Part shown: piece after piece, positions 9,523-18,533 of the stretch | Position numbering within the stretch: position 1 is the stretch's first letter | How the letters are laid out: each line of letters opens with the position of its first letter | Assembly (NCBI GenBank): GCA_049472215.1 | Contig: JBLIRH010000002.1 | Location: 23,815-87,814 of the forward strand | Reading direction: 5' to 3' | DNA length: 64,000 bases | From: Thermoplasmatota archaeon | GTDB taxonomy: Archaea; Thermoplasmatota; Penumbrarchaeia; Penumbrarchaeales; Penumbrarchaeaceae | Position numbers and translations under genes: made by a program | The notes under the pieces: model-generated | What the model saw: the letters and a program-made list of their open reading frames with translations, nothing else | Databases searched by the model: none | What the model was told of the DNA's origin: nothing

Positions 9523-10257
9523 ATGGAAGGAAAGGATGGGGAGAGCTGTTTCGGAGTGGACCAACTTGACAACATCACCCTGGGAAAGATCTTACCCGGT
9601 TCCCTGGGCCTTTTCCATGGTCCAGCCGGTTGCGGGAAAAGTTCCATGCTCTATCATTTTCTTTTTCAGGGCGCGGGAATGAACAACAACGTTTGTTTCA
9701 TCACGAACGAACCACCAGACAGGATCTCTTCCCATATGTCATCCTTCAGGACCTTCCAATCGAACTGGTTGAAGGACGGATACATCTCGATATTCAACAT
9801 CCAGGACTTGATGGGTTTGATCGGCATGGACCTCGAAAATACAGGCCCCCAGGATGTTGACCTGTTCTTCGACCTCCTGGTACAGGTCGTCCAGCATCTT
9901 GATGCGAAAAGGCTCGTTATTGATCCTGTAAATCCGCTCCTTGAGATCCTGGAGGATTGGAACAAGGTCTTTTTCCTCCAGAGGTTGAAGGGAAAACTGG
10001 TCGAATTGGGGGTCTCGACCTTCATGGCAATGGATACGAACCTCCCCCTCCACGAGATGGACCTTAGATGCATGGAGCCCTACAATTTCAACATCATCAT
10101 CGGATTCAAGAAGGAGAAAGAGCCCCCAGTAATATTGAACACGATGACCATAGAGCGTTGGAAGGGGACCTCACACGCAAAGAACACGTACGTCATAGAG
10201 GTCTCGAAAGATGGTGTCTTCCTTGTGCCCAGGATCAAGCCCTTGGAGGTGAGATAG
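9523..10257 (+). CDS. KaiC/RecA-superfamily ATPase (intact P-loop)
   Basis: LDNITLGKILPGSLGLFHGPAGCGKSSMLYHFLFQG carries Walker A (GPAGCGKS). KRLVIDPV is Walker B-like. The single-domain KaiC-like layout ends ...IERWKGTSHAKNTYVIEVSKDGV. Confidence 0.7.
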   Translation: MEGKDGESCFGVDQLDNITLGKILPGSLGLFHGPAGCGKSSMLYHFLFQGAGMNNNVCFITNEPPDRISSHMSSFRTFQSNWLKDGYISIFNIQDLMGLIGMDLENTGPQDVDLFFDLLVQVVQHLDAKRLVIDPVNPLLEILEDWNKVFFLQRLKGKLVELGVSTFMAMDTNLPLHEMDLRCMEPYNFNIIIGFKKEKEPPVILNTMTIERWKGTSHAKNTYVIEVSKDGVFLVPRIKPLEVR

Positions 10258-10839
10258 ATGGTGGTCCAGAAGGTCAAATCCGTGTCCGACACAAGCTTGA
10301 GACCGGGGGCGCAGATCATGATCTCTTCCTCAGGGGAAGCGTTCATCAAGACCTTTACCGAATTGATCGAGAGACTCACCAAGAAAATGGGGAGAAAGGG
10401 GGTACTCATCTCCACCCAATGGTCGGCGAACGCCCTGTCGAGAAGGATCTCTCTCTCAAAGCTTCCCAAAAAGAGCGTCAAGGTGATCGATACTATCTCA
10501 CTATCCATGGGATCGAAGCTTCCCGCGACCGACGATTTCGCATTTCTGTCCACACCGGTCAGCCTTGAATCCATCCTCATGGAGATAGAACGAACCTTTC
10601 GGGGTTCCAACGGAGAGTATACATTCCTCCTTCTGGATTCCCTGACGCATTTGAACAGATATTATACCGAAGGGCAGATCAACGAATTCTTCCACTTTCT
10701 GCTCAGCAGGATGCTGGAAGAACAATGCCTGGTCATCCTGTTCGATCAGGAACCTCCTGGAAGCTCCAGGATATCTGACCAGCTTTCCAACATGATCGAT
10801 CAAACTCTTCAGCTCATGCCTGGAGGTGACCGCAAATGA
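10258..10839 (+). CDS. KaiC/RecA-like paralogue without a P-loop
   Basis: Its ATG directly follows the upstream TAG (10255-10260). The position equivalent to Walker A reads ISSSGEAF, and a Walker-B-like FLLLDSLTHL is retained. Length and secondary-structure pattern resemble the preceding gene. Confidence 0.45.
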   Translation: MVVQKVKSVSDTSLRPGAQIMISSSGEAFIKTFTELIERLTKKMGRKGVLISTQWSANALSRRISLSKLPKKSVKVIDTISLSMGSKLPATDDFAFLSTPVSLESILMEIERTFRGSNGEYTFLLLDSLTHLNRYYTEGQINEFFHFLLSRMLEEQCLVILFDQEPPGSSRISDQLSNMIDQTLQLMPGGDRK

Positions 10840-11582
10840 GGCTGATGGTCGGGAACGAGGATGTATCAAAAAGGATCATTTCCAAGGTCGGACTGTCAAA
10901 GTTGATACTCTTCAAGTCCGGCAAGGGAAGCGGGGGGGATCTTCTTCTCAAGCAAATGTTCGAGAACGTTCCTGAGGGAACGAACTCGATCTTTATCTCC
11001 ACACATCAGACGGAAGGGGAGCTGATGGAGGATCTGCTCGACCTGGGGATCGAAAGACAACCTGAACTTATTTCCCTGCTTCCAGTGATCGACCTCAGGC
11101 TATCAGAGGTGGCCAAGAGGGACAGGTTCATCAACGAAGGCATCATGGTGACGGATCTTCTGGAGATCTCGTCTTACTCGAGCGACAGGCCTGCATCTCA
11201 AAATACGCATATGAAGGTCCTCTCGACACTTTCTGATATTTCCTCAAAGCAGGTCCTGCCTTTCAGGATGGTGATAGATACCCTCGTCGATCTGGTGGAG
11301 GAATCCTCCCCCGAGGAGATCATCGACAGATTGAGGATCCTTAAGAGGTCCATAAGGGAAAATCAAGGACTCGTCATCGTGGGGTGCCCCCAGGGATACG
11401 ACGTTTTCCAGGACCTTGAGCAGACCCTTTTCGATGTTATCATAGAGGTCAAGGCGGAGAAGAGGGGTGAAGCATGGTTCAGGACCCTGAGCTTCGCTCA
11501 CATTAAGGGTTCGGGAGAACCCCCGGAGGAATGGCAGATCTCGACAGTTAAGGATATTCCCACAGCTCTTTCCGTTGACTGA
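10836..11582 (+). CDS. KaiC/RecA-like paralogue with a degenerate P-loop
   Basis: ATGA overlap with the upstream stop (10836-10839). It has LILFKSGKGSGGDLLLKQMF in place of GxxxxGK[ST], and FRMVIDTL is Walker B-like. The C-terminal ...FAHIKGSGEPPEEWQISTV parallels the first paralogue. Confidence 0.45.
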   Translation: MRLMVGNEDVSKRIISKVGLSKLILFKSGKGSGGDLLLKQMFENVPEGTNSIFISTHQTEGELMEDLLDLGIERQPELISLLPVIDLRLSEVAKRDRFINEGIMVTDLLEISSYSSDRPASQNTHMKVLSTLSDISSKQVLPFRMVIDTLVDLVEESSPEEIIDRLRILKRSIRENQGLVIVGCPQGYDVFQDLEQTLFDVIIEVKAEKRGEAWFRTLSFAHIKGSGEPPEEWQISTVKDIPTALSVD

Positions 11583-11656
11583 GAGCGGTAGTTATTCTAC
11601 CAAGGTTCCAAATTGGAGGATAAGCTTATATTCTAATAATTCCGCTCTTTCGATGT

Positions 11657-11932
11657 ATGGAAAAACACCGGGGCAACGGGCAGGTCCACATACACAGCTG
11701 CCTCCCATATTCGGATAAGTTCAACATGGAGAGTTTCTACTCTTCATACGAGCAGGATAGATGCCCCCGGTGCGGTTCCAAACACATTACCGTTTTCAAC
11801 AATGTGGTCACGAACCCCAAAGATGAGAAGCCCGTCTCCGGAGACCTCAGGTTCGGTACATTAGTGGTCGGTAAATGTCTCAGCTGCGGCATCCAGCTAC
11901 CGATGCGGTTCAAATGCATAAGGGAGGCCTGA
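11657..11932 (+). CDS. Small Cys4 zinc-ribbon protein, function unknown
   Basis: 91-aa ORF with two CxxC pairs (CPRCGSKH ... CLSCGIQ). The true start may be the internal MESFYSS. Confidence 0.35.
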   Translation: MEKHRGNGQVHIHSCLPYSDKFNMESFYSSYEQDRCPRCGSKHITVFNNVVTNPKDEKPVSGDLRFGTLVVGKCLSCGIQLPMRFKCIREA

Positions 11933-11944
11933 ACCAGTTCCCCC

Positions 11945-12731
11945 CTAATACAGTTCAGGCCTCCTTTCAACAAGGACCGGGATCCTCCTTCTTATCTCCC
12001 TGATCCTTCCTGGATCGATCCTGGCCCTGGCATATCCGCTGCTGTCATCGAGCCTGCAAAGGACATCCCCGAACGGAGCGACGACCATCGAATGACCTCC
12101 CATTGCAGTGGGTCCGTGATCCCCCACACCGCCAACCCCTATGACATAACACTGGTTCTCGATCGCCCTAGCCATGATCAGGGTCTCCCACTGGAATATC
12201 CTGAATGCCGGCCATTGGGCAGGATAGACAAGGATATCCACACCATTAAGCACATGTTTCCTCGCCAGCTCGGGAAATCGTACCTCATAGCAGATAAGGG
12301 GGGCGATCCTTGCCCCTTCCAAGGAAAATTCGGTCAGCGTCTTGCCCGGTGTGAAGAACTCATCTTCCCCCGCCCTTGAGAACAGATGGGTCTTATCGTA
12401 TGTGGCTAATTTCCTGCCGTCGCGGTCCAGGACCATGAACCGATTGTAGAACCTACCCTTGTCATTTATGACCAAAGTGAACATGATCGCAGTGGAATGT
12501 TCCCTGGCGATCTTGCCCATGTAACGAATGGTATCGGGGGCCTTTTTCGAGAGCTCTGGAAGGCTTTCATAGTGGAAACCGGTTGCAAAGACCTCCGGAA
12601 GGACTACAATATCCATCGGCCCCTCCCTGGAAGCGCTTTCAATCAGAGAAGAAGTGCTTGAGAGGTTCTCCTCGATGTTTCCGAGTGAAAGTTTTGGTTG
12701 GACTATACAGACCTCGAGGGGATCTTTCCAT
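11945..12731 (-). CDS. Carbon-nitrogen hydrolase (nitrilase superfamily). The 5' end has no in-frame canonical start, so a frameshift is possible.
   Basis: Catalytic triad context: VVLPEVFATGF (Glu), YDKTHLF (Lys), LICYEVRFPE (Cys). The conserved N-terminus LEVCIVQPKLSLGNIEENL begins near 12717. The only nearby ATG (12731) is in the +1 frame. The ORF-track start at 12997 lies inside the thioredoxin gene. Confidence 0.7.
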
Positions 12732-12774
12732 TCCGACTCCGGTATCGTCCCTATCGGATCACCCCTAGGATCAT

Positions 12775-13104
12775 TCAGAGGAGCTCCCTGATCTCCGTGA
12801 TCATCTTGCTCTTGGGGATGAAACCCATCTTTGACTTGATCATCTTTCCGCCCCTGTAAAATGCAAAGGTCGGGATAGACCTTATCCCCATGGACATCGA
12901 TGTCTTCATGTTCTTGGTGACATCCATCTTTCCGAAGGCCACCTGGCCCTTCATCTCCGCAGCAAGCTGTTCGAGCACTGGTGCCATCATCTTGCATGGG
13001 GCGCAGGAGGGGCCCCAGAAATCGACCACGGCTATGTTGTACTTCCTTGTGAATTCATCTATGGTGGAGTCTGTAAGTTCCACCGGTCTATCCGGCCAGT
13101 CCAT
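12775..13104 (-). CDS. trxA: Thioredoxin (variant CAPC active site)
   Basis: 109 aa. VVDFWGPSCAPCKMMAPVLEQLA...IRSIPTFAFY is the thioredoxin fold signature, with CAPC in place of CGPC. Confidence 0.8.
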   Translation of the reverse strand: MDWPDRPVELTDSTIDEFTRKYNIAVVDFWGPSCAPCKMMAPVLEQLAAEMKGQVAFGKMDVTKNMKTSMSMGIRSIPTFAFYRGGKMIKSKMGFIPKSKMITEIRELL

Positions 13105-13257
13105 GAGAGCACTTCCTTGTTGAGGGTTCCTTATGGAAGTGGTCTATTTATTGTTTTTTTCTGCTTTGTTCATTGAGATTCCAAATGGACCCACCGGGAT
13201 AAGCGGTAAAGGAATAATAGCAACATTACCATACCTGGTAAAAGAGGAATTGATACC

Positions 13258-13458
13258 ATGCAGCTCAAACTGAACATGAAATGCCCGCTTTGCGAGGAGG
13301 AAGCTTCTTTAAAGGTCTACAAGTTCAACGAGGACCATATAAAACAGAAGGCAGAACTCTCGGGCCAGTGCATAAAATGCCCCATGGAGTTCGAGTACGT
13401 GGTCAAGGGGATCGACAATATGATCAAGCTCCGTGAGCTTGTTTTTGAAGAAGGATGA
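13258..13458 (+). CDS. Small zinc-binding protein, function unknown
   Basis: 66-aa ORF with CPLCEEE ... CIKCP (two CxxC pairs), in an AT-rich intergenic island. Confidence 0.35.
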   Translation: MQLKLNMKCPLCEEEASLKVYKFNEDHIKQKAELSGQCIKCPMEFEYVVKGIDNMIKLRELVFEEG

Positions 13459-13517
13459 TTTCGGAAAATTTCTGATCATATGCCAACTATTATTTTCGTT
13501 TTCCGATAATTAGGAAG

Positions 13518-13530
13518 TTTTTATTATATA
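13518..13530 (+). promoter_or_regulatory. TATA-like box upstream of mini-ORF 13549..13704
   Basis: TTTTTATTATATA is centred about 23 nt upstream of the ATG at 13549. Confidence 0.3.
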
Positions 13531-13548
13531 GAAAACAATGAAATTGTT

Positions 13549-13704
13549 ATGGATGACATGAGATGTCCTAACTGTAATTCCGGTTTCGTAATCCATTTCT
13601 GCATCGGTACAAAGGAAGGATATATGAACTTCTGTCCGGCATGTCGTTCAAAATGGGATGCCATACTTCCGATCAAGGCCCTGTACGGCATCGGTCATCC
13701 TTGA
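13549..13704 (+). CDS. 51-aa zinc-ribbon mini-protein (below the ORF-track size cutoff)
   Basis: My translation is MDDMRCPNCNSGFVIHFCIGTKEGYMNFCPACRSKWDAILPIKALYGIGHP, ending at the TGA at 13702-13704. It has two CxxC pairs and a TATA-like box upstream. Confidence 0.35.
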   Translation: MDDMRCPNCNSGFVIHFCIGTKEGYMNFCPACRSKWDAILPIKALYGIGHP

Positions 13705-13736
13705 GATCGGATTGAAAAACAATTTAACACCAACCG

Positions 13737-13946
13737 GTGTTACGGTCTCCGATGTCGACCATTCCTGAATGGGACGAGCTTGTCTGCATAAGATGCGTTG
13801 CCTGTGTAGGGAGCTGCCCCGTGGGAGCCATGAGATTTTCCAACAACAGGATCCATATGATCGAGGACATCTGCATAGGATGCGGACGCTGTACAAGGAT
13901 CTGTCCTGTCGGGGCTTTGAACAAAGGAGGGGCTTCCGATGCCTGA
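13737..13946 (+). CDS. 2x[4Fe-4S] ferredoxin, probable dedicated electron donor for the downstream geranylgeranyl reductase
   Basis: CIRCVACVGSCP and CIGCGRCTRICP are two CxxCxxCxxxCP motifs. Its stop (13944-13946) overlaps the GGR start (13939) by 8 nt. Confidence 0.75.
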   Translation: MLRSPMSTIPEWDELVCIRCVACVGSCPVGAMRFSNNRIHMIEDICIGCGRCTRICPVGALNKGGASDA

Positions 13947-15132
13947 TATTATCGAGGTTGACTGCCTCATTATTGGAGCAGGGCCTGCAGGTAGCATAAC
14001 AGCAAGGGAGGTCGCCCGAGGAGGGTGGAAGGTCCTCATGATCGAAAAGAGGCCGGAAATTGGGGTTCCTGTTCGATGCGGGGAAGGCATCTCCAAGGAG
14101 CTATTGGACCTTATAGGACTGAAAAGCAACTCATCTTTCGTTCTATCCGAGATGGATGGTGCCAGGATCATATCACCCGGCGGACATGTCCTCACACTTG
14201 GCCCGGAGATCGCTGGCCCCGAGGTAGGCTTCGTCATCGACAGGGAGAAGTTCGATCAGGAACTTGCAGGTATGGCCGCAAGGGCTGGAGCAGAGATCTG
14301 GGTAAGGGCCGAGGCCGTCTCATATGAGGATACCGGGGATGGTGTTTCGGTCAGGGTCAAAGTTCTTTCCGATACCATCGAGGTCAAAGCCAGGGTCGTG
14401 GTAGCTGCCGATGGATTTGAATCACTGGTCGCAAGGTGGGCGGGAATTGGCACCGATCTTGACCTCAAGGACATCGATACATGCCTGCAGTACGAGATGG
14501 TGGGTGTCGAGACCAGCGGCAATTACACCGAGTTCTTTCTGGGCAGGAAATATGTCCCCGGGGGCTACATCTGGTGCTTCCCCAAGGGGCCTGACACCGC
14601 AAATATCGGCCTCGGCGTGAACGGCAGCATGCTGGAAGGAGTTGCTGACGCAAAAAAGTATCTTGATGATTTCATCGCACAGAACCCAAGGTTCTCAAAG
14701 GGGAAGATCACCGAGGTCAACGGAGGTGGCGTTTCGGTATCCCTTCCTCCGGAAGAAACGGTAGCGGACCACCTTGTGATAGTTGGTGATGCTGCGAGGA
14801 TGATAGACCCGCTTACAGGAGGGGGTATCTACAACGGCTGCTATGCAGCCCTTCAAGCGGGAAGGACCATATGCGAAGCTCTTCAAAACGGAGATACCTC
14901 CAAAGCCTCCCTGGAGCCATACGAAAGGAGGTGGAGGGACAGGTTGGAAATTGAGATGGCGCGGAACTACCTGGCAAAGGAGAAGCTCCTCGAGGTCTCC
15001 GATGAGACACTGGACAAGGTGATCTCGGCCATCTCGGAATATGAACTCAAGGAGATCTCAACCCAGGAGCTTCTCAAGGCTCTTGCTTCGAAATATCCCG
15101 AGGTCATCAGGGAGCTCGGGGACCTTGTTTGA
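13939..15132 (+). CDS. Digeranylgeranylglycerophospholipid (geranylgeranyl) reductase, FAD-dependent
   Basis: The N-terminal DCLIIGAGPAGSITAREVARGGWKVLMIEKRPEIGVPVRCGEGIS is the FAD Rossmann fold plus the RCGEG block typical of archaeal GGR. Further motifs are PGGYIWCFPKG and GDAARMIDPLTGGGI. An SD-like AAAGGAGGGG lies upstream. Confidence 0.85.
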   Translation: MPDIIEVDCLIIGAGPAGSITAREVARGGWKVLMIEKRPEIGVPVRCGEGISKELLDLIGLKSNSSFVLSEMDGARIISPGGHVLTLGPEIAGPEVGFVIDREKFDQELAGMAARAGAEIWVRAEAVSYEDTGDGVSVRVKVLSDTIEVKARVVVAADGFESLVARWAGIGTDLDLKDIDTCLQYEMVGVETSGNYTEFFLGRKYVPGGYIWCFPKGPDTANIGLGVNGSMLEGVADAKKYLDDFIAQNPRFSKGKITEVNGGGVSVSLPPEETVADHLVIVGDAARMIDPLTGGGIYNGCYAALQAGRTICEALQNGDTSKASLEPYERRWRDRLEIEMARNYLAKEKLLEVSDETLDKVISAISEYELKEISTQELLKALASKYPEVIRELGDLV

Positions 15133-15183
15133 TGGTCATGGTTCCATTTTAATACCATCTTACCCATACCCGGCCAAGGTGAT

Positions 15184-15657
15184 GTGATGACCACGTATGC
15201 AAAGATTGAGACGAACTACGGTGAAATGGTGGTGAGGCTTGAAACTGACAAGGCTCCGATCACCACTCAGAACTTCATGAAGCTGGCCGATTCAGGCTTC
15301 TATAACGGATTGATCTTCCACAGGGTGATCCCCGATTTCATGATACAGGGAGGCTGCCCGAAGGGCACGGGGACCGGAGGGCCGGGATACAATATCAAGG
15401 ACGAGTTCCACCCGCAGCTCCGGCATTCCAAGGGGGCGCTTTCCATGGCCAACGCCGGCCCCAACACTGGAGGATCCCAGTTCTTCATAGTGACCAAGAA
15501 CGGCGGCACTCCCTGGCTTGACAACCACCACAGCGTCTTCGGTTATATCGTCCAGGGGCAGGAAGTTGCTGACAAGATCCAGGCGGTCCCCAAGGGAGCG
15601 AACGATCGGCCGATCACTCCAGTCCAGATGAAGAAGGTCACCATCTTCCAGCAGTGA
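15184..15657 (+). CDS. Peptidyl-prolyl cis-trans isomerase, cyclophilin type
   Basis: The cyclophilin signature blocks [34 protein letters not shown] and LDNHHSVFG are all present. Confidence 0.9.
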   Translation: MMTTYAKIETNYGEMVVRLETDKAPITTQNFMKLADSGFYNGLIFHRVIPDFMIQGGCPKGTGTGGPGYNIKDEFHPQLRHSKGALSMANAGPNTGGSQFFIVTKNGGTPWLDNHHSVFGYIVQGQEVADKIQAVPKGANDRPITPVQMKKVTIFQQ

Positions 15658-15698
15658 TCAACTTCGAGGGGCCAGAACCCTCGGATACGAGGAAACGA

Positions 15699-18353
15699 TC
15701 ACTGCGGAAGCTCTACCTGTGGCGGTGCTTCCTGAGAGGCCCCCTGAGGAGTCTGCTGGGGGGCAGGCGGGATCGTTTGAGGAACCTGAGCTGTTGGGAC
15801 AGTCTGGCCCATAGCCTGGGGTTGCGCAGGGGGAAGCCCTTCGGGCGGCTGTGTCTGGGGTAGAGCCTGACCTTGAGACTGCGGGGCTCCGTACAACTGC
15901 TCGGCTGTCATAGCCTGCGGACCGCCGAAGACCATATCCTCTACGGACTGGTCCTGCTGCGGAATGTACATCGGTTCAGGCTCCTCCTTCTTCTCCTTCT
16001 TCCCGAGGAAGAATATCAGGAAGACCACGATGACCAGGATGATTATCAGTATGATAACGGAGGGGATCACTATCACGATCGGGTTCAAACCTTTCTTGGA
16101 GCCTCCGTTTCCATCCGTGGTCCCGACATTCACCTGGGGGACCTTTGCTCCGAACCCGCCGGAATCCCATGATTTGATTATCGTCACCTGACCTGTGGTC
16201 TTGGTCGCAGTGGTCTTCATGCTGGCGGTCACGTAAATGACGAAATCCGGATTGACGTTCATCTCATCGAGTTCCGCGACGGTGACGGTTATCTCGACCC
16301 CCATTTCCGTATCGAGCTTGCGGATGGCGGGGACCTTGTCAACGAGAGGATAGTATATGACCGATATCTGCCTGAGATCGAACTGCATCTTGTTGTATCG
16401 GTAGTTGGAGGTAGGAACCGGGAAAGAATAGGTGGGAATGTCCGAATCCCTCGGAGCCACCCTGTCCTCGAGGAAATCAGGTTTGAGGAAATATACGTCC
16501 AGGATCGGCTCCTGCTGCTTATCCTGAGTGAAGAGATAGTCCATCTTCTCCCCGAAGTTGATGCGAATACGGTACAACCTCTCGTTACCTGGGTCCCTGT
16601 ATCCTTCAACCGTCCTGATGTCAATGGATTCCTTGGAATCGAATTCCATGAACATCTCCTCCTGGCTTCTGTGGAGGACCAGGGGGTCGGAGACATTATC
16701 ATTGTAGGATTGGTCGATCTCCTTGCCTTCGAAGATCTCACCCAGTATCCTGGTCTTGATCACCTTGATGGTCCTTGTCACATTGGAGTAGAACTCTCCA
16801 TCGGTAACGTTCAGGCCAATAGAATACTCTCCCTCCTTGGCAAAGAGGTGTTCTATTACCATCCCCTCGCCGATCCGTTCGCCATTAATGGACCATCTAT
16901 AGGTCAACTCCTGGCCATGGATCAGGTCGGGGTCAGTGCTCCTCGTTGCATTGAACTCAACAGGCCATGTCGTGTTGTAGACGAAGGTTTCCGAGGGGGA
17001 ATCCATCCTGGCGGATGGAGGATCGTTCTTGTTAACGATATGGAGTGTGAAATTCGAATATATCCTGTAGGGGGTCACGGGGTAGTCACCCCTCGTTCCG
17101 AGTTCCTCCGAAGGCCTGTCGTTCACCCAGGCTGCGACCGGGTAGTCCCCCACGAGCTTGTTTTCGGTCAAGAACTCAAGTGTACCTTTCTTGGAGTCGA
17201 ACTGGTATCCTTCGGTGAATTCGAGCTGGACACCGGAACGCTCGAATACGGTTGTGGTGATATTTGTGCCATACCTCAATACCTGCTCATAATCGGGATC
17301 GACATCCGTGGCGGTGAACTGGATAACGGCCTTAGTGTCCTCGTTGACATAATGGTCGTCGGGGAGTTCCATTACAGGGACATCGTTCACAGGTCCGACA
17401 TACACATAGAGGTCCCCGAGGACATAGGCTCCTTCCAGATCGGAGCAGTTGAAACGGAAATGTGCGAAGAAATCGGACCAGGTCTTGTCCCCGCCCGGCC
17501 GGTAGTTCTTACCCTTCAATCGATCCTGGGTCGGAACGTAAGGGCAAGCCCAGTCAGGTGTGGGGGTGAATATTATGGAAGATCCTTCCGGGTCAAGGTC
17601 TATCGATATGTTCTCCGGGCTTGCAAGGTCGTTCATCGGTGTGTAGGTGTAGAGCAGTGTGTCGTCCGGATCTCGGTTATCCCCGAAGATGTCATCGAGC
17701 TGATCATTGTCCTTGTTGATCCCGTCATAATAGGAATCCTCGTTCATCGCAATGGAAAAGAAATCCTTTTCGGAGATCTGGGTCGGGGGATCGTTCACGT
17801 TCAGTACCTCGATCCAAAGCTCCGCCATCGAGCTGCCCGTGGAGTTCCATGCCGTCACCTTTATCTTGAAATGGTCCTGACCGTAAATATAGGAATTGAA
17901 ATCGGGGTCCTTGCAGGTAACTGTCGCGGTTGCAAAGTTCGTGTCGTAATGGGAGGTTACGAACTTGACCTCGATCGGGGTCGTCGACTTGTCGTATCCC
18001 CAAGGATAGGCGACCTCGAAAGCCTTGTGTGGGTATTGGATCTCCCCTTCCTTCCAGTTATAGTTGGGATCGAAGAAAATATCGAGGGAACCCCTGCCAG
18101 TGCCGTAGAAATACTGACCCGAGAACTCGTTGAAGTCCTCATAGAGAGTGATCTCCACCACCGATCGGTTGACAATTGGACCGACAGCCCTGGTCAGATC
18201 GGCGGCAAGGACCGGAACATCGTCCCCAGAGGCGATGATCAAACCGGAAATGACCATTAGTAGGGATATCGATAAGCCTTTCAGGAACCTGGCATGCGTT
18301 GACATGACCATGCAGAACACCTCGACCCAAAAACGACTGGATACGACCCTCAA
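15699..18353 (-). CDS. Large cell-surface protein with cadherin/Ig-like repeats, a PKD-like domain, a TM anchor and a Pro/Gln-rich cytoplasmic tail
   Basis: 884 aa with an N-terminal signal/anchor (GLSISLLMVISGLIIASG). It has a PKD-like block (LTYRWSINGERIGEG...YSIGLNVTDGEF) and a TM helix (IVIVIPSVIILIIILVIVVFLIFFL). A ~100-aa P/Q-rich tail follows (PQSQGQALPQTQPPEGLPPAQPQ...). Confidence 0.7.
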   Translation of the reverse strand: MRVVSSRFWVEVFCMVMSTHARFLKGLSISLLMVISGLIIASGDDVPVLAADLTRAVGPIVNRSVVEITLYEDFNEFSGQYFYGTGRGSLDIFFDPNYNWKEGEIQYPHKAFEVAYPWGYDKSTTPIEVKFVTSHYDTNFATATVTCKDPDFNSYIYGQDHFKIKVTAWNSTGSSMAELWIEVLNVNDPPTQISEKDFFSIAMNEDSYYDGINKDNDQLDDIFGDNRDPDDTLLYTYTPMNDLASPENISIDLDPEGSSIIFTPTPDWACPYVPTQDRLKGKNYRPGGDKTWSDFFAHFRFNCSDLEGAYVLGDLYVYVGPVNDVPVMELPDDHYVNEDTKAVIQFTATDVDPDYEQVLRYGTNITTTVFERSGVQLEFTEGYQFDSKKGTLEFLTENKLVGDYPVAAWVNDRPSEELGTRGDYPVTPYRIYSNFTLHIVNKNDPPSARMDSPSETFVYNTTWPVEFNATRSTDPDLIHGQELTYRWSINGERIGEGMVIEHLFAKEGEYSIGLNVTDGEFYSNVTRTIKVIKTRILGEIFEGKEIDQSYNDNVSDPLVLHRSQEEMFMEFDSKESIDIRTVEGYRDPGNERLYRIRINFGEKMDYLFTQDKQQEPILDVYFLKPDFLEDRVAPRDSDIPTYSFPVPTSNYRYNKMQFDLRQISVIYYPLVDKVPAIRKLDTEMGVEITVTVAELDEMNVNPDFVIYVTASMKTTATKTTGQVTIIKSWDSGGFGAKVPQVNVGTTDGNGGSKKGLNPIVIVIPSVIILIIILVIVVFLIFFLGKKEKKEEPEPMYIPQQDQSVEDMVFGGPQAMTAEQLYGAPQSQGQALPQTQPPEGLPPAQPQAMGQTVPTAQVPQTIPPAPQQTPQGASQEAPPQVELPQ

Positions 18354-18533
18354 AATGACCCTTCCATTATAAACATTTTGAGTTATCCCTTACTCGCGAC
18401 ACGGATCATGGACGGATATGTGATGCTTTCCTTTTTGAAACCACAAGGACCCTGACCAGATGTCCATAATGATATGGGCAAATCTTAATAACGGTTAGAG
18501 ACGATTCGAGAACAAGCTTGGGGGGGCGAAAGA

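Noticed and set aside
12732-12997. Long N-terminal extension of the C-N hydrolase ORF (start at 12997)
   Set aside because: It lies inside the thioredoxin gene in a different frame, and its Asp/Gly/His/Gln-rich sequence has no homology pattern.
16671-18260. 529-aa ORF on the + strand
   Set aside because: It lies entirely antisense to the 884-aa surface-protein gene. Its composition is Gly/Arg/Val/Pro-rich with no motifs. The opposite strand has clear domain structure (signal, PKD, TM), so this is a shadow ORF.
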